64,000 nt of DNA from an uncultured Rhodospirillaceae bacterium (GCA_964652235.1 CAZZDK010000002.1:38675-102674), one strand, 5' to 3'. Counted from the first letter of the stretch, positions 27,524-36,501 are shown. Notes: generated by a model not told the origin, from the letters alone. Numbers and translations are program-made.

Positions 27524-27732
27524 TGTTGCGCGTAACGCAAAACGCCGTCGAAGTCGTTCGCAAACCGACAACAGCCAATCTGCGCGTTTCATCCTACGCG
27601 GCGGAGATTCTACGCCGCCCGTCTGCGCCTCACGCCTGTGCAAGCCAGATTGCTTTGGAGGTTTTACGCGCCAACGCCGCTCCGCCATCAAACGGTACGC
27701 AGCAACCCATCGTCATCATCGTCGCAGGATAA
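27523..27732 (+). CDS. Small hypothetical protein
   Basis: ORF only, overlaps stop of upstream gene. Confidence 0.2.
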   Translation: MLRVTQNAVEVVRKPTTANLRVSSYAAEILRRPSAPHACASQIALEVLRANAAPPSNGTQQPIVIIVAG

Positions 27733-27735
27733 ACC

Positions 27736-28038
27736 ATGCCTCAAACCCAAACCAAACTCGCTTTAGAAGAGCGGGAACAGGAGAACACGTCCATGAGTCC
27801 GAACGAACAACTTGAATACTTCCGCTCCATAGGTCGGCTGGAGGCCCAGGTCGCGGCGCTTGTTAGCGCGGTTGCCGAGGTCAAAACCAAGATGGATTGC
27901 ATCGACCGGCGCCTTGACGCGCTCGACCGTCTAGCGAACCGATGGAAAGGCGGCTTTGCCGTGATCCTGACCCTCGGCGCGATGAGCGGTTTTGTTCTCG
28001 ACAACCTTATTCGCTGGTGGACGAGCAAAGGGCCGTAA
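27736..28038 (+). CDS. Putative holin (single C-terminal TM)
   Basis: 100 aa, coiled region then one hydrophobic helix GGFAVILTLGAMSGFVL; located immediately upstream of endolysin-like gene. Confidence 0.3.
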   Translation: MPQTQTKLALEEREQENTSMSPNEQLEYFRSIGRLEAQVAALVSAVAEVKTKMDCIDRRLDALDRLANRWKGGFAVILTLGAMSGFVLDNLIRWWTSKGP

Positions 28039-28109
28039 ATCTTCATCACACATTCCCACCGACGCCGCTTTTAAGCGGCTTTTTTTGTGCCTGAAAGGAA
28101 GGAAAAGTC

Positions 28110-28772
28110 ATGACAAAACCAGAACCATCACGTGGCATTCGTAACAACAACCCCGGCAATATCCGGCTCACAGATACCAAATGGCAGGGATTGTCGACGG
28201 AGCAAAAGGACGGAGAATTCTTCGTCTTTCAAAGCCCGATTTATGGGATCCGCGCTCTGGCCCGCGTTTTGATTTCTTATCAGGTCAAGCATGGGCTTCG
28301 AACGATACGTCAAATCATAAGCCGTTGGGCTCCGGCCTCGGAGAACGACACCGAAGCCTATATTAAGCATGTTTGTGAATTGACAACACAAACTGATAGC
28401 GAAGTTCTGGATATGCACAAATACGCCGATCTGAAATCGCTTGTCGTCGCAATTATCGATCATGAGAACGGATGTCAGCCCTATGCGGAGGCTCAAATCG
28501 ACAAGGCTTTGGTTCTTGCTGGCGTTGAGCCTCCGGCCAAGAGTCTGCAACAAACGCGCACAGTCAAGGGCGGACAGGCCGCTACGGCGGCAACGGTAGG
28601 CCTTGGCGCGCTGCAGGCCGTTCAGGACGGACTGGCTCCCGCGAGGGACACGCTCCAAACTCTCGTTCCATATCTCGACATCGCCAAATGGCTACTTCTG
28701 GCCATTACGCTCATCGGTCTCGGCGTAATGATCTGGGCGCGGGTAGACGATCAGAGGAAAGGTCTACGCTAA
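28110..28772 (+). CDS. Putative endolysin/cell-wall hydrolase with C-terminal membrane anchor
   Basis: Position between putative holin and spanins; conserved GIRNNNPGNIR motif of a phage hydrolase-like family (not assigned with certainty); C-terminal TM IAKWLLLAITLIGLGVMIWA. Confidence 0.4.
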   Translation: MTKPEPSRGIRNNNPGNIRLTDTKWQGLSTEQKDGEFFVFQSPIYGIRALARVLISYQVKHGLRTIRQIISRWAPASENDTEAYIKHVCELTTQTDSEVLDMHKYADLKSLVVAIIDHENGCQPYAEAQIDKALVLAGVEPPAKSLQQTRTVKGGQAATAATVGLGALQAVQDGLAPARDTLQTLVPYLDIAKWLLLAITLIGLGVMIWARVDDQRKGLR

Positions 28773-29011
28773 TGTGGACGATCATCACAGGCTGGTTTTC
28801 CAGCAATGCGCTCCGGCTTATCGGCTGGGGCGCAATAGCCGCATCCGTCCTTGCCATCCTGCTGGGGGCGCGACAATCAGGCAAGAATGCTGAACGCTAT
28901 GACCAACTCAAGAAAATCACGGAGATCAAAGATGCCCAGCTTCGCGCCGCGATGGATGCCCCTCGGACTCGTGCTGATCTTGTTAAGCGCCTGCGGGACG
29001 GCAAGTTCTAA
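28773..29011 (+). CDS. i-spanin (Rz-like)
   Basis: N-terminal TM (LIGWGAIAASVLAILLG) followed by charged coiled region; contains the o-spanin start in another frame. Confidence 0.5.
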
Positions 29012-29171
29012 CCCCGCCTGCGTTTGTCCTCCGATCATGGTGTACAGTCGGGAGTTTCAGGAGAAGCTAGCAAAAGAAATTGATACAGCCCCATCGGAAT
29101 CTGCATATCCGATCGCCGTATTAGATTATGCAGCTCTAAGAGATCTGGCAGCAGTCTGTCAGACAAGGTAA
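28932..29171 (+). CDS. o-spanin (Rz1-like outer membrane lipoprotein), overlapped architecture
   Basis: Signal peptide with lipobox LLSAC, Pro/Cys-rich mature part (NPACVCPP); starts inside the i-spanin gene in a different frame and extends beyond it. Confidence 0.55.
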   Translation: MPSFAPRWMPLGLVLILLSACGTASSNPACVCPPIMVYSREFQEKLAKEIDTAPSESAYPIAVLDYAALRDLAAVCQTR

Positions 29172-29182
29172 CCCATAACAGG

Positions 29183-29986
29183 CTATAATGATGCCAATTC
29201 AACAGAGAACTCCTTTGAAGCGCTACAGAAACGCCCCATAAGGCTTCTAAATCTTTCCAAACCATCCGTTGCATAAAAGGTGCTCTGACCCGCGTCTTTA
29301 GAAGTACTAATTAGCTTTTTATCAAGAAGCGCTTTTCTTGCGGTAATGGCAGTCATTTGCGCACTATCGACAAGGGAAACACCTATCGGCATTCTTTTCT
29401 GAATGTTTTTCGATAAAATTGGAAAGTGAGTGCATCCTAAAACCAACGTGTCATAGTCCTCTGTTTTAATTGAATTCAGGTATCGTTGTATTGCCGCGTC
29501 AGCAGCTTCTGTTTCATCCCACCCTTCTTCCGCTAGAGAAACGAGGACATTGCACCCCATGCCCTCGACATGCGCCGTCGGGAGAATTTCTTTAAGTGCA
29601 ACTTCATAGGCTTTGGAACGAATGGTGCCTTCTGTCGCCCAGACAACGATGCGCTTATTTCGGCTTTTCGCCGCTGCCGCCTGCGCACCCGGAGAAATGA
29701 CGCCGACACAAGGTAGGTCAGGCCAATAACGACGTATCGCTTTGAGGCCATGCGCAGTTGCAGTATTACAGGCCACCACAAGCATCTTAACATTTTTTTG
29801 CACGAGCATGTCTGCAATTTCTAGGCAGTACCGCTCAACGGTTTGGGGGGGCTTAGTGCCATACGGAACACGCGCCGTATCACCGACGTATATATAATTT
29901 TCACAAGGCATTAGATCGCGCATAGCGCTATAAACTGTCAAACCGCCAACACCAGAGTCAAAAACACCGATAGCTGCTTGTCCCAT
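29183..29986 (-). CDS. murI: Glutamate racemase
   Basis: N-terminal IGVFDSGVGGLTVY signature and CNTA catalytic Cys region; AT-rich gene. Confidence 0.75.
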   Translation of the reverse strand: MGQAAIGVFDSGVGGLTVYSAMRDLMPCENYIYVGDTARVPYGTKPPQTVERYCLEIADMLVQKNVKMLVVACNTATAHGLKAIRRYWPDLPCVGVISPGAQAAAAKSRNKRIVVWATEGTIRSKAYEVALKEILPTAHVEGMGCNVLVSLAEEGWDETEAADAAIQRYLNSIKTEDYDTLVLGCTHFPILSKNIQKRMPIGVSLVDSAQMTAITARKALLDKKLISTSKDAGQSTFYATDGLERFRSLMGRFCSASKEFSVELASL

Positions 29987-30049
29987 GTTATAGTTTCCTT
30001 GTGTAAAACCTTTGTTTTCAAAAGCCTATGTTTTTTGCTCTTAGCATCT

Positions 30050-30853
30050 TTATTGTATCGGAGATAAAGCATATCCATACTTTGCTTGGCTTGTTCTTCC
30101 GTTGTTTTTCATCCTACTTAGAGTGTATTCATGGAGCTGGTTTCCGATGTCAAAATGCCAAAACTCATTCCGATAATTTGTAAACCCAACTGCGGTCATT
30201 ACACTGTGTAATGTGCGACGGTTTACAAGGCGTGGATCATGAATACAAATCTCACGCGCAGCAAGTCGCTCCTCGAAGAATGCCGTGTGGCTAACAACTG
30301 ACATCTCATCAAAATGCGCGCCCATATTTAGTAAACGAGATGTTTTTTTATCTCTCAGAAGAACATCAACCGATCCACCTGTAATATGTGTCGGCCACGT
30401 GGCCGGATTTTCTGGGCTAAAAGAGTCCGGGTCCGATACATACTGGACGACTTCACGATACACTTGTTCGTTCCGAGCAAAAGGATTCTCTTGCCGTACC
30501 CTAGCCCAGAAAAAATCCCAAATCCCTTTCTGACACGTCAATGGCCTGTATCCATCGACAACAAACAATTCGATTCCGATTGAGGCCAAAACATAATCAA
30601 CCACGGCTAACCGCTCCGCAGCCTCTTTTCTAACCCATACGGAGGGCAGCGCTCCAGATATTGGCTTAAAGTACGGGGCATTTTCTCCATCTGTTCGGGC
30701 ATAGTAATTTTCGCTGGCAATGCCATAGGCCCCAACATCTACTAATGACTCAGAGAATTGCGGGTGGTTCAAATCTACAGACACCGTTCTATAATTTCCT
30801 GTGTCTTCACTATTTTCATAAATTGGAACCGCGCTTGAAATAAAGCCGTTCAT
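30050..30853 (-). CDS. D-alanyl-D-alanine dipeptidase, VanX/DdpX-like (peptidase M15D)
   Basis: VVDGYRPLTCQKGIWDFFW, zinc-ligand-like H/D segment THITGGSVDVLL, and EFWHFDIG resembling the VanX EWWH catalytic Glu/His motif. Confidence 0.6.
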   Translation of the reverse strand: MNGFISSAVPIYENSEDTGNYRTVSVDLNHPQFSESLVDVGAYGIASENYYARTDGENAPYFKPISGALPSVWVRKEAAERLAVVDYVLASIGIELFVVDGYRPLTCQKGIWDFFWARVRQENPFARNEQVYREVVQYVSDPDSFSPENPATWPTHITGGSVDVLLRDKKTSRLLNMGAHFDEMSVVSHTAFFEERLAAREICIHDPRLVNRRTLHSVMTAVGFTNYRNEFWHFDIGNQLHEYTLSRMKNNGRTSQAKYGYALSPIQ

Positions 30854-30873
30854 GTTATTCCTTTCTTGGATCG

Positions 30874-31542
30874 TTACAAATCTCTTCTAAAAACTTGCCT
30901 AATTTTATCCGTCAGATCTCTCATCGGGGCATGATTTTTAGAAAGGCTTGACCAGTTAATTTCAATCAAATTCCCAGAGAAAGAACGATCCACTTCATCA
31001 ATCGATGCCCAGTGATTTTCCCAATTCCAAGATAAGTGGCTGCTCGGATGATGACAGCGGAGACTCTTGATCTTGCCGTCCTGATAGCGAACCCCATTAA
31101 ATAGAATTAAGTGCCCCCCTTTCCCAATTGTCCTGCCGTCCTCATCCTTCTCTCCACCACGCAAGCCGACAGCGACAGAAACAATGCAAACGTTTCCATG
31201 ACTTATAATTTTAGCAATTGTATCTGCGCCAACATTCCGATGGCATTGGCCAGAAACGCCATATTTTGACAAGAGACGAAGCAACCCAGCGTGTATCCAG
31301 CCCTTATCGCAATAAGCCTTCTCTGCAAGACCTTCATTGAGAAGCTCCCACGTTGTTTTTCCGAAACTCTCTTGTTGCAGTTCCTTCACGCCGGACACAA
31401 GCATCTTTACACAAGCAATGCCGCAGGCACGGGGGGACCAATGTCTTGCTTCCTCTTCTGTTGGGCCGCGCTCTGAATCAACCTCAATGATCTGAGAGAA
31501 GAACGGAATCCCCTCAACTACATCTTCTTTACTATTCTGCAT
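30874..31542 (-). CDS. Papain-like/C39-like cysteine peptidase-fold protein
   Basis: Candidate catalytic Cys in SPRACGIACVKML and His in GGHLILFNG as in Peptidase_C39_2/BtrH-like folds; assignment tentative. Confidence 0.35.
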   Translation of the reverse strand: MQNSKEDVVEGIPFFSQIIEVDSERGPTEEEARHWSPRACGIACVKMLVSGVKELQQESFGKTTWELLNEGLAEKAYCDKGWIHAGLLRLLSKYGVSGQCHRNVGADTIAKIISHGNVCIVSVAVGLRGGEKDEDGRTIGKGGHLILFNGVRYQDGKIKSLRCHHPSSHLSWNWENHWASIDEVDRSFSGNLIEINWSSLSKNHAPMRDLTDKIRQVFRRDL

Positions 31543-32499
31543 TTATCCCCCGAGTTTTGCTGTGTGTAAGAGCCAATTAACAACGTGACTTTGTTCATAA
31601 CCGATGCTTTTGGCAGAAGGAACGGAAATGCCATAGTTCCTTCCAAGGCTCGGATATGAGTTAGCCTCAAGAAAATATAAGCCCTTCTCCGTTTGAAGAA
31701 AATCCACTCTTAAAAGCCCATTAAATCGAAGCATTTCGTATGCGGCTCGTGAAAAAGCCTCCAATGCGGTTTGTTCTTTGGGCGAAACGTTTGCTGGTAC
31801 CTCCATCTCAACAGAATGGGACGTTCTTTTTGCTTCTTCATCAAAAATCGCAAACCCATTCTGGAGTGTAATTGAAACTGGAGGCAGAACCGTTACCGCA
31901 ACGCCATCATTCTGCCGAATAATTGGAACGGAGATTTCAACGCCTTTAAGATATGGTTCAACCATAAAAGAACCGTATGTTTTTATAAGTTTGCTTGCCG
32001 ATGCTTCGGCTTCGGCCTCCTCACGAACAAACACAACATCCTGGCCGCCGCCGCCATTCGTTGGTTTGATGATATATCCGTCCTTGTGCTTTCGGCGCAT
32101 AAACGTCCACAAATCAGCAACGCTAGAACAAAGCGTATCAGGTATTGTCAAAATGCCCGATCCGGTCAGCATTTTCTTTGTCAGCATTTTATTTGCGGTC
32201 ATATATGATGAGAACTTACGCGGCCCTGAATAAGGAACGCCAAGCGTTTCAAGAGAATCTCGTAAATCAAACTCTCTGTCTGTTCCCCTGTAATAGGGAT
32301 CTAACAAAAGGGCTTTCCCAGCGTTATGCCGCAGGCGCCCCCAGTTATGGGGAGGAATTGCATATGCCGGAATAATCTCATTCGGTTGATTTTGTATTGT
32401 GAGACATTCAGAAACTTGTTGCGAGACCTCTTCAAGATCTTCTCTCTCAGTTTCTGATCCTGCGTAAATTATATATACTTTGCTCATAATTTTCCTCAC
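31543..32499 (-). CDS. D-alanine--D-alanine ligase family ATP-grasp enzyme (paralog 2)
   Basis: ATP-grasp motifs YIIKPTNGGGGQDVVFV, EPYLKGVEISVPII, RVDFLQTEKGLYFLEANSYP; Ddl-like N-terminus IIYAGSETERE. Confidence 0.6.
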   Translation of the reverse strand: MRKIMSKVYIIYAGSETEREDLEEVSQQVSECLTIQNQPNEIIPAYAIPPHNWGRLRHNAGKALLLDPYYRGTDREFDLRDSLETLGVPYSGPRKFSSYMTANKMLTKKMLTGSGILTIPDTLCSSVADLWTFMRRKHKDGYIIKPTNGGGGQDVVFVREEAEAEASASKLIKTYGSFMVEPYLKGVEISVPIIRQNDGVAVTVLPPVSITLQNGFAIFDEEAKRTSHSVEMEVPANVSPKEQTALEAFSRAAYEMLRFNGLLRVDFLQTEKGLYFLEANSYPSLGRNYGISVPSAKSIGYEQSHVVNWLLHTAKLGG

Positions 32500-33428
32500 A
32501 TGGGCAAGCGGATTTTCTTTAAAAGAAAGGCAACTAGTTCGTCGTAAGTACGCCCTGAAGCCTTCCAGATAGAGGCTAGGTTCCCTGCCTCAGAAAGACC
32601 GGGAACAGTATTTGCTTCAAGCAAATATGCTTGACCCTGCGCGTCAACAAGATAATCGAATCTAACGACTGCGTCACACCCCATAGCTCCATACATTTTA
32701 GCTGATGCCTCACGGACAGATTTTTCAGAATCAGCTGAAATCTCAGACGGCAGGATGTACCGACGTTTATTTTCATTATGTTTGATTTCGTAATCGTATA
32801 GAGCCCCGTCAAAACGCACCTCTAAGAGAGGAAGCGTTATATCGATCTCGGGTTCGCCCGTTATCGCACAGGTGACAAACGAACCATCGATAAACTCTTC
32901 GACGATATATGGTTCATATTTTCTATCACGACTATCAATTTTGTCTTCCAGTTCCTTCAAACTCGATACAATTTCGACCCCACGGCTTCCGCCTCCATAA
33001 ATAGGTTTAAGAATATACTTTTTGTTTTCTTCTGCAGAAAGGACGGGGAGATTCATGTGCGCCTTCGTTGCTTCGAGACGATTAAGAACCCCCGGCGTTA
33101 GAACATTTAATGAGTGCGCCAAGGCTTTAAAACGCAACTTGTCAAACCCAACAATATGAGCATAAGGACGGGAGAAGTTATAGGGAATACCATTTACTTC
33201 ACAAAATGAAGAAAGGGCACCATCCTCTCCATTTTTTCCATGCATGCTGTTAAAAACGACAGATTGCGGCGACGCCTTCAAATCGTGGTCTTTTAAAGGA
33301 AATTCAATCAATCGATTAGGAACCCCGCGTCTGTCTAGCGAGCGAGCGACTGTTGCTGCGGAAATGATAGACCCCTCACGTTCCCAGCTCTCTCCTCCAA
33401 AAACTACAAGTACTGTGCTATTCATCAT
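32496..33428 (-). CDS. ddl: D-alanine--D-alanine ligase family enzyme (paralog 1)
   Basis: VLVVFGGESWEREGSIISA, HGKNGEDGALSSFCEVNGIPY, RFDYLVDAQGQAYLLEANTVPGLSEAG - classic Ddl signatures; ATGA overlap with paralog 2. Confidence 0.75.
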   Translation of the reverse strand: MMNSTVLVVFGGESWEREGSIISAATVARSLDRRGVPNRLIEFPLKDHDLKASPQSVVFNSMHGKNGEDGALSSFCEVNGIPYNFSRPYAHIVGFDKLRFKALAHSLNVLTPGVLNRLEATKAHMNLPVLSAEENKKYILKPIYGGGSRGVEIVSSLKELEDKIDSRDRKYEPYIVEEFIDGSFVTCAITGEPEIDITLPLLEVRFDGALYDYEIKHNENKRRYILPSEISADSEKSVREASAKMYGAMGCDAVVRFDYLVDAQGQAYLLEANTVPGLSEAGNLASIWKASGRTYDELVAFLLKKIRLPM

Positions 33429-33531
33429 CTGTCTTCTCCTTTTTAGATATAGTTCACCCGTTCACTAATCTCGTGTTTCGAGAAAAGCGTTTTAGAAAAT
33501 TCTTAAATGCCCTATTGCCTTCAGAAGGCTA

Positions 33532-33738
33532 TTAAGGGCTTCGCTGAAGACAAAGCCTATTGTAACCGCCTTTTTTGTTTATTTCTTCAGCCTCCTGCCT
33601 CGTGAGAGGGGCTGGATCTGTGCAACAATAAATGCTCGGCGGGCAAATTGCTCCGCAGGCGATGCAATCCCCTTCAACCACAGCAACAATGTTTTGTACT
33701 GAACGCTTGATGTCTTCATTTTTATCTATTTTCGTCAT
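33532..33738 (-). CDS. Cys-rich small protein (68 aa)
   Basis: Motif EGDCIACGAICPPSIYCC (CxxCxxxCP...CC); between MurF-like and Ddl genes in the operon. Confidence 0.3.
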   Translation of the reverse strand: MTKIDKNEDIKRSVQNIVAVVEGDCIACGAICPPSIYCCTDPAPLTRQEAEEINKKGGYNRLCLQRSP

Positions 33739-33753
33739 TTTTCCTCCTTAAAA

Positions 33754-35226
33754 TTATAAACTCGGACACGTGGAACAATGAATGTATTTGCTGCAACTTA
33801 CTTTGTCGCAGGCACTTTTCTTTCCCTCCATAAACAAGGCAACGCGCTCAAGATGCGAAAAACGTGAGCCTTTAATGAAGATGCAGGTGTTAGCCGGAAT
33901 CTCCTTTCCGGCTAGAATCTGGACAGCTTCGCCCCACTTTTCTACAATCGATATTTTATCAAGAGAAAACTGCGACATCTTGGCCGCTTCTCGCCATGTT
34001 TCCCCTGTTTCTCCTACACAAATTATTGCCCCATCAATCTCGCGTGTGGCCTTCAATATTTGAACATATGAGTCCAAAATAAAGTCGCCTACCTCTCTCA
34101 AATCGCCGAGGACCAGAATTGCGTTTTCTCCCGTCTCTCGAATGAGATTGATCCCGTTCAAAACGGAAGCGACGCTTGCGTTATAGGTATCATCTATAAC
34201 CCGCCCAGAAGGGAACGAAGATATGCGCAGGCGGCTTTCAGCTTTCCCGTTTGTAAGGGCGCTTGCTATTGTTTTCGGGTCTATCCCAGCGGCGATTCCA
34301 ACAGACACAGAAGCAAGGCAAGCGTACATTGTACCTTGGTCGCTAGGTTCAACTGATATATTGACCTCGCCCTTGGGGGTTTGGATTGAGAGGTTCTGAC
34401 TGTTTGAAATGATCTCTTTCTTTTGCATCCTGACATCGGCAAGCTCACCTGTGCCGAACCACAAAACTTTCCGGTCCGCCCCTTCCAAAGCCCCCTTTAG
34501 CGAGGCCAAGCTCTGATCATCGGCATTAAGTACAGCAATCCCATTCGGACGCAACTTGTCCAATAGCTTGGCTTTTTCCTTTAGGATAACCTCTATAGAC
34601 CCAAATCTTCCAACATGGGCAAGGCCGATATTCGTTATCACGGCAATATCAGGCAAAATTGTTCCAGCAAGCCATTCCATTTCACCGGGCGTGTTGATGC
34701 CAACCTCAATGCAAGCAAACTTTGTATCTTCGTTGATATTCACCAAAGTCAGGGGAATACCGAATTCGTTGTTGAAACTCTTTTTGCTGAACACCGTCGG
34801 AGCGATTTCGGAAAAAGAGCTACCTATATGGTTCTTGGTTGTTGTTTTGCCGACACTTCCCGTTACGGCAACCGTTAACGGATTATAGTGCTCACGGATT
34901 GTGCGTGCGAGTGCATGTAAGCAAAGCAACGAATCTTGAACATGCATAATTCTAGGGTCTTCAAGTTCCAAGAAATCTTCATTAACTACAGCAAGCGCTG
35001 CTCCAGCATTAAGCGCCGCCGCAACATAGGCATGGCCGTCAAGATTCTTTCCTTTGACGGCAAAAAATACTTCACCTTCTCTTATAGAGCGTGAATCGAT
35101 GCTTACACCCAAGAAGTCTTGATCAAGCACAGCGCCAAAACTTTCAGTTTGCAGCTTTCCTAGGTAATCAGAAAACAGATTTTTCAATGTTAACATCGTC
35201 GTTCCTTGCTTTGTTTGTGTGGTCAT
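33754..35226 (-). CDS. Mur ligase, MurF-like (UDP-N-acetylmuramoyl-tripeptide--D-alanyl-D-alanine ligase family)
   Basis: N-terminal MurF signature DSRSIREGEVFFAVKGKNLDGHAYVAAALNAGAALAVV, P-loop TGSVGKTTTK; unusual Cys-rich C-terminal tail ACDKVSCSKYIHCSTCP. Confidence 0.7.
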   Translation of the reverse strand: MTTQTKQGTTMLTLKNLFSDYLGKLQTESFGAVLDQDFLGVSIDSRSIREGEVFFAVKGKNLDGHAYVAAALNAGAALAVVNEDFLELEDPRIMHVQDSLLCLHALARTIREHYNPLTVAVTGSVGKTTTKNHIGSSFSEIAPTVFSKKSFNNEFGIPLTLVNINEDTKFACIEVGINTPGEMEWLAGTILPDIAVITNIGLAHVGRFGSIEVILKEKAKLLDKLRPNGIAVLNADDQSLASLKGALEGADRKVLWFGTGELADVRMQKKEIISNSQNLSIQTPKGEVNISVEPSDQGTMYACLASVSVGIAAGIDPKTIASALTNGKAESRLRISSFPSGRVIDDTYNASVASVLNGINLIRETGENAILVLGDLREVGDFILDSYVQILKATREIDGAIICVGETGETWREAAKMSQFSLDKISIVEKWGEAVQILAGKEIPANTCIFIKGSRFSHLERVALFMEGKKSACDKVSCSKYIHCSTCPSL

Positions 35227-35323
35227 AGTCTTTTGTTGTAGACTCTATAACCTTAGTCCTATATTTGCCCATACCCTTCTTTAAGGCATAATGGCGGCTT
35301 TTTCTTGTTGCCGCAGCTGGCCT

Positions 35324-35878
35324 CTAATGTATTGAGTAAAGCCTATATTTTTCCTTTCCATATTGCGTTTCTTCATTGTGCTCTTCTTTAATTTCTTCTG
35401 ACATTAACGCCCTCTTCGCAGCTCGAATTATGCGAGCATAAAGCGACTGAGGCGGCCCGTTCTTTCCAAGAAAGCTCTTCATACTAACAAAACAAGGCGG
35501 GGCCTCTGGATGCAATGCGCTTGCTTGCTTTTCTGCAACCCGTCCAACATAAACTATTGTTTGTGCCGATATAAACGGACCTCCCTCTTGTGTGAGGATC
35601 GTGACTGGGGCCATCGGGCCGATACAAACTTTTGTTGTCTCCAAGACCTCGCGCCGCGCTGCGGCTTCTGCATCGTCGTCGCCCCACTCAACACGTCCGC
35701 CCGGCAGAGCAAAACGGTCTGCATTCTTAATCATCAGCACACGGTCCTGATCATCAAAAACTACGACCTTGACGTACTTTGGTTCGCTTTTGGACAACTT
35801 TCCGATCTGCGTCTTTCCGAACAGGGCATCAGCTGCCGTCTGTTGTTTAGCTTTAGGCATAACGCGCCCCCCGTTCAT
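35324..35878 (-). CDS. NUDIX hydrolase
   Basis: Nudix box GGRVEWGDDDAEAAARREVLETTKV. Confidence 0.6.
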   Translation of the reverse strand: MNGGRVMPKAKQQTAADALFGKTQIGKLSKSEPKYVKVVVFDDQDRVLMIKNADRFALPGGRVEWGDDDAEAAARREVLETTKVCIGPMAPVTILTQEGGPFISAQTIVYVGRVAEKQASALHPEAPPCFVSMKSFLGKNGPPQSLYARIIRAAKRALMSEEIKEEHNEETQYGKEKYRLYSIH

Positions 35879-36125
35879 GAGGATAACCCGTATCAGTTGT
35901 ACGACGATTAATCTCTAAAGCAGCCAAAGCATTAGCGAAGTGCCAGAGAGAAGCTATGTCCTGATGGGTAAAGCCTTTTGCGATCAGGTCTTGTTGTGAG
36001 CAGTCTCCCAACGCTAATGTCGTTTCGACAATTGCATCTGCCATGTGTGCGACTGGCTCAAACCTTTTATCTGTTTTGGTCGTGATCTGATCTACAATAA
36101 GACGATGGCGAACGGCCTTAGTCAT
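35853..36125 (-). CDS. Hypothetical protein
   Basis: ORF only; overlaps neighbours in operon. Confidence 0.3.
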   Translation of the reverse strand: MTKAVRHRLIVDQITTKTDKRFEPVAHMADAIVETTLALGDCSQQDLIAKGFTHQDIASLWHFANALAALEINRRTTDTGYPHERGARYA

Positions 36126-36501
36126 TATTTGCCTCCTTGGTTTCGGAGACAGAGACAGTCATGCGGGAAATCCAAGCATGAGAAAATACTAGGGTGCTTT
36201 CCGCTTGGCCGCTTTCGGCAGGAATAGAAACCATGGACTCCTGCTGGACAAACTGGATGCCATGTCGTTCAAAAGTTTTGACAAGCGTTTTGATCGTGTC
36301 TTCCTTGGGCGAATAAATTCCATGTTCGATATTTTTGATTGTTTCCGCCGATAACTTGGCTTCCTTGGCGAGATCGCTGCGCGACCAGTCAAGCATGCTG
36401 CGCGCTGCGCGCAATTGCGACGGGCCAATCGGGCAATCCTTGATTTGCGGCTGAAAAGTTTCATTTTTGAATATGGCTGCTTCCACTCGTGAGAGGCTCA
36501 T
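36118..36501 (-). CDS. XRE-family HTH transcriptional regulator
   Basis: HTH QLRAARSMLDWSRSDLAKEAKLSAETIKNIEHG; N-terminal region paralogous to 37477..38145 and 39013..39663. Confidence 0.5.
   Translation of the reverse strand: MSLSRVEAAIFKNETFQPQIKDCPIGPSQLRAARSMLDWSRSDLAKEAKLSAETIKNIEHGIYSPKEDTIKTLVKTFERHGIQFVQQESMVSIPAESGQAESTLVFSHAWISRMTVSVSETKEANND

Noticed and set aside
33532-33738. Calling the Cys-rich 68-aa ORF a 4Fe-4S ferredoxin
   Set aside because: It has only CxxCxxxCP with one Cys fewer than the canonical CxxCxxCxxxCP, so it was kept as an unassigned Cys-rich protein.
29183-35878. Interpreting the MurI/Ddl/MurF genes as the host housekeeping dcw cluster
   Set aside because: There is no dcw synteny (no mraY, murD, ftsW, murG, murC, ftsQAZ neighbours). 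The genes are AT-rich and sit between a phage lysis cassette and phage-type regulators. Confirmation still needs the rest of the genome.
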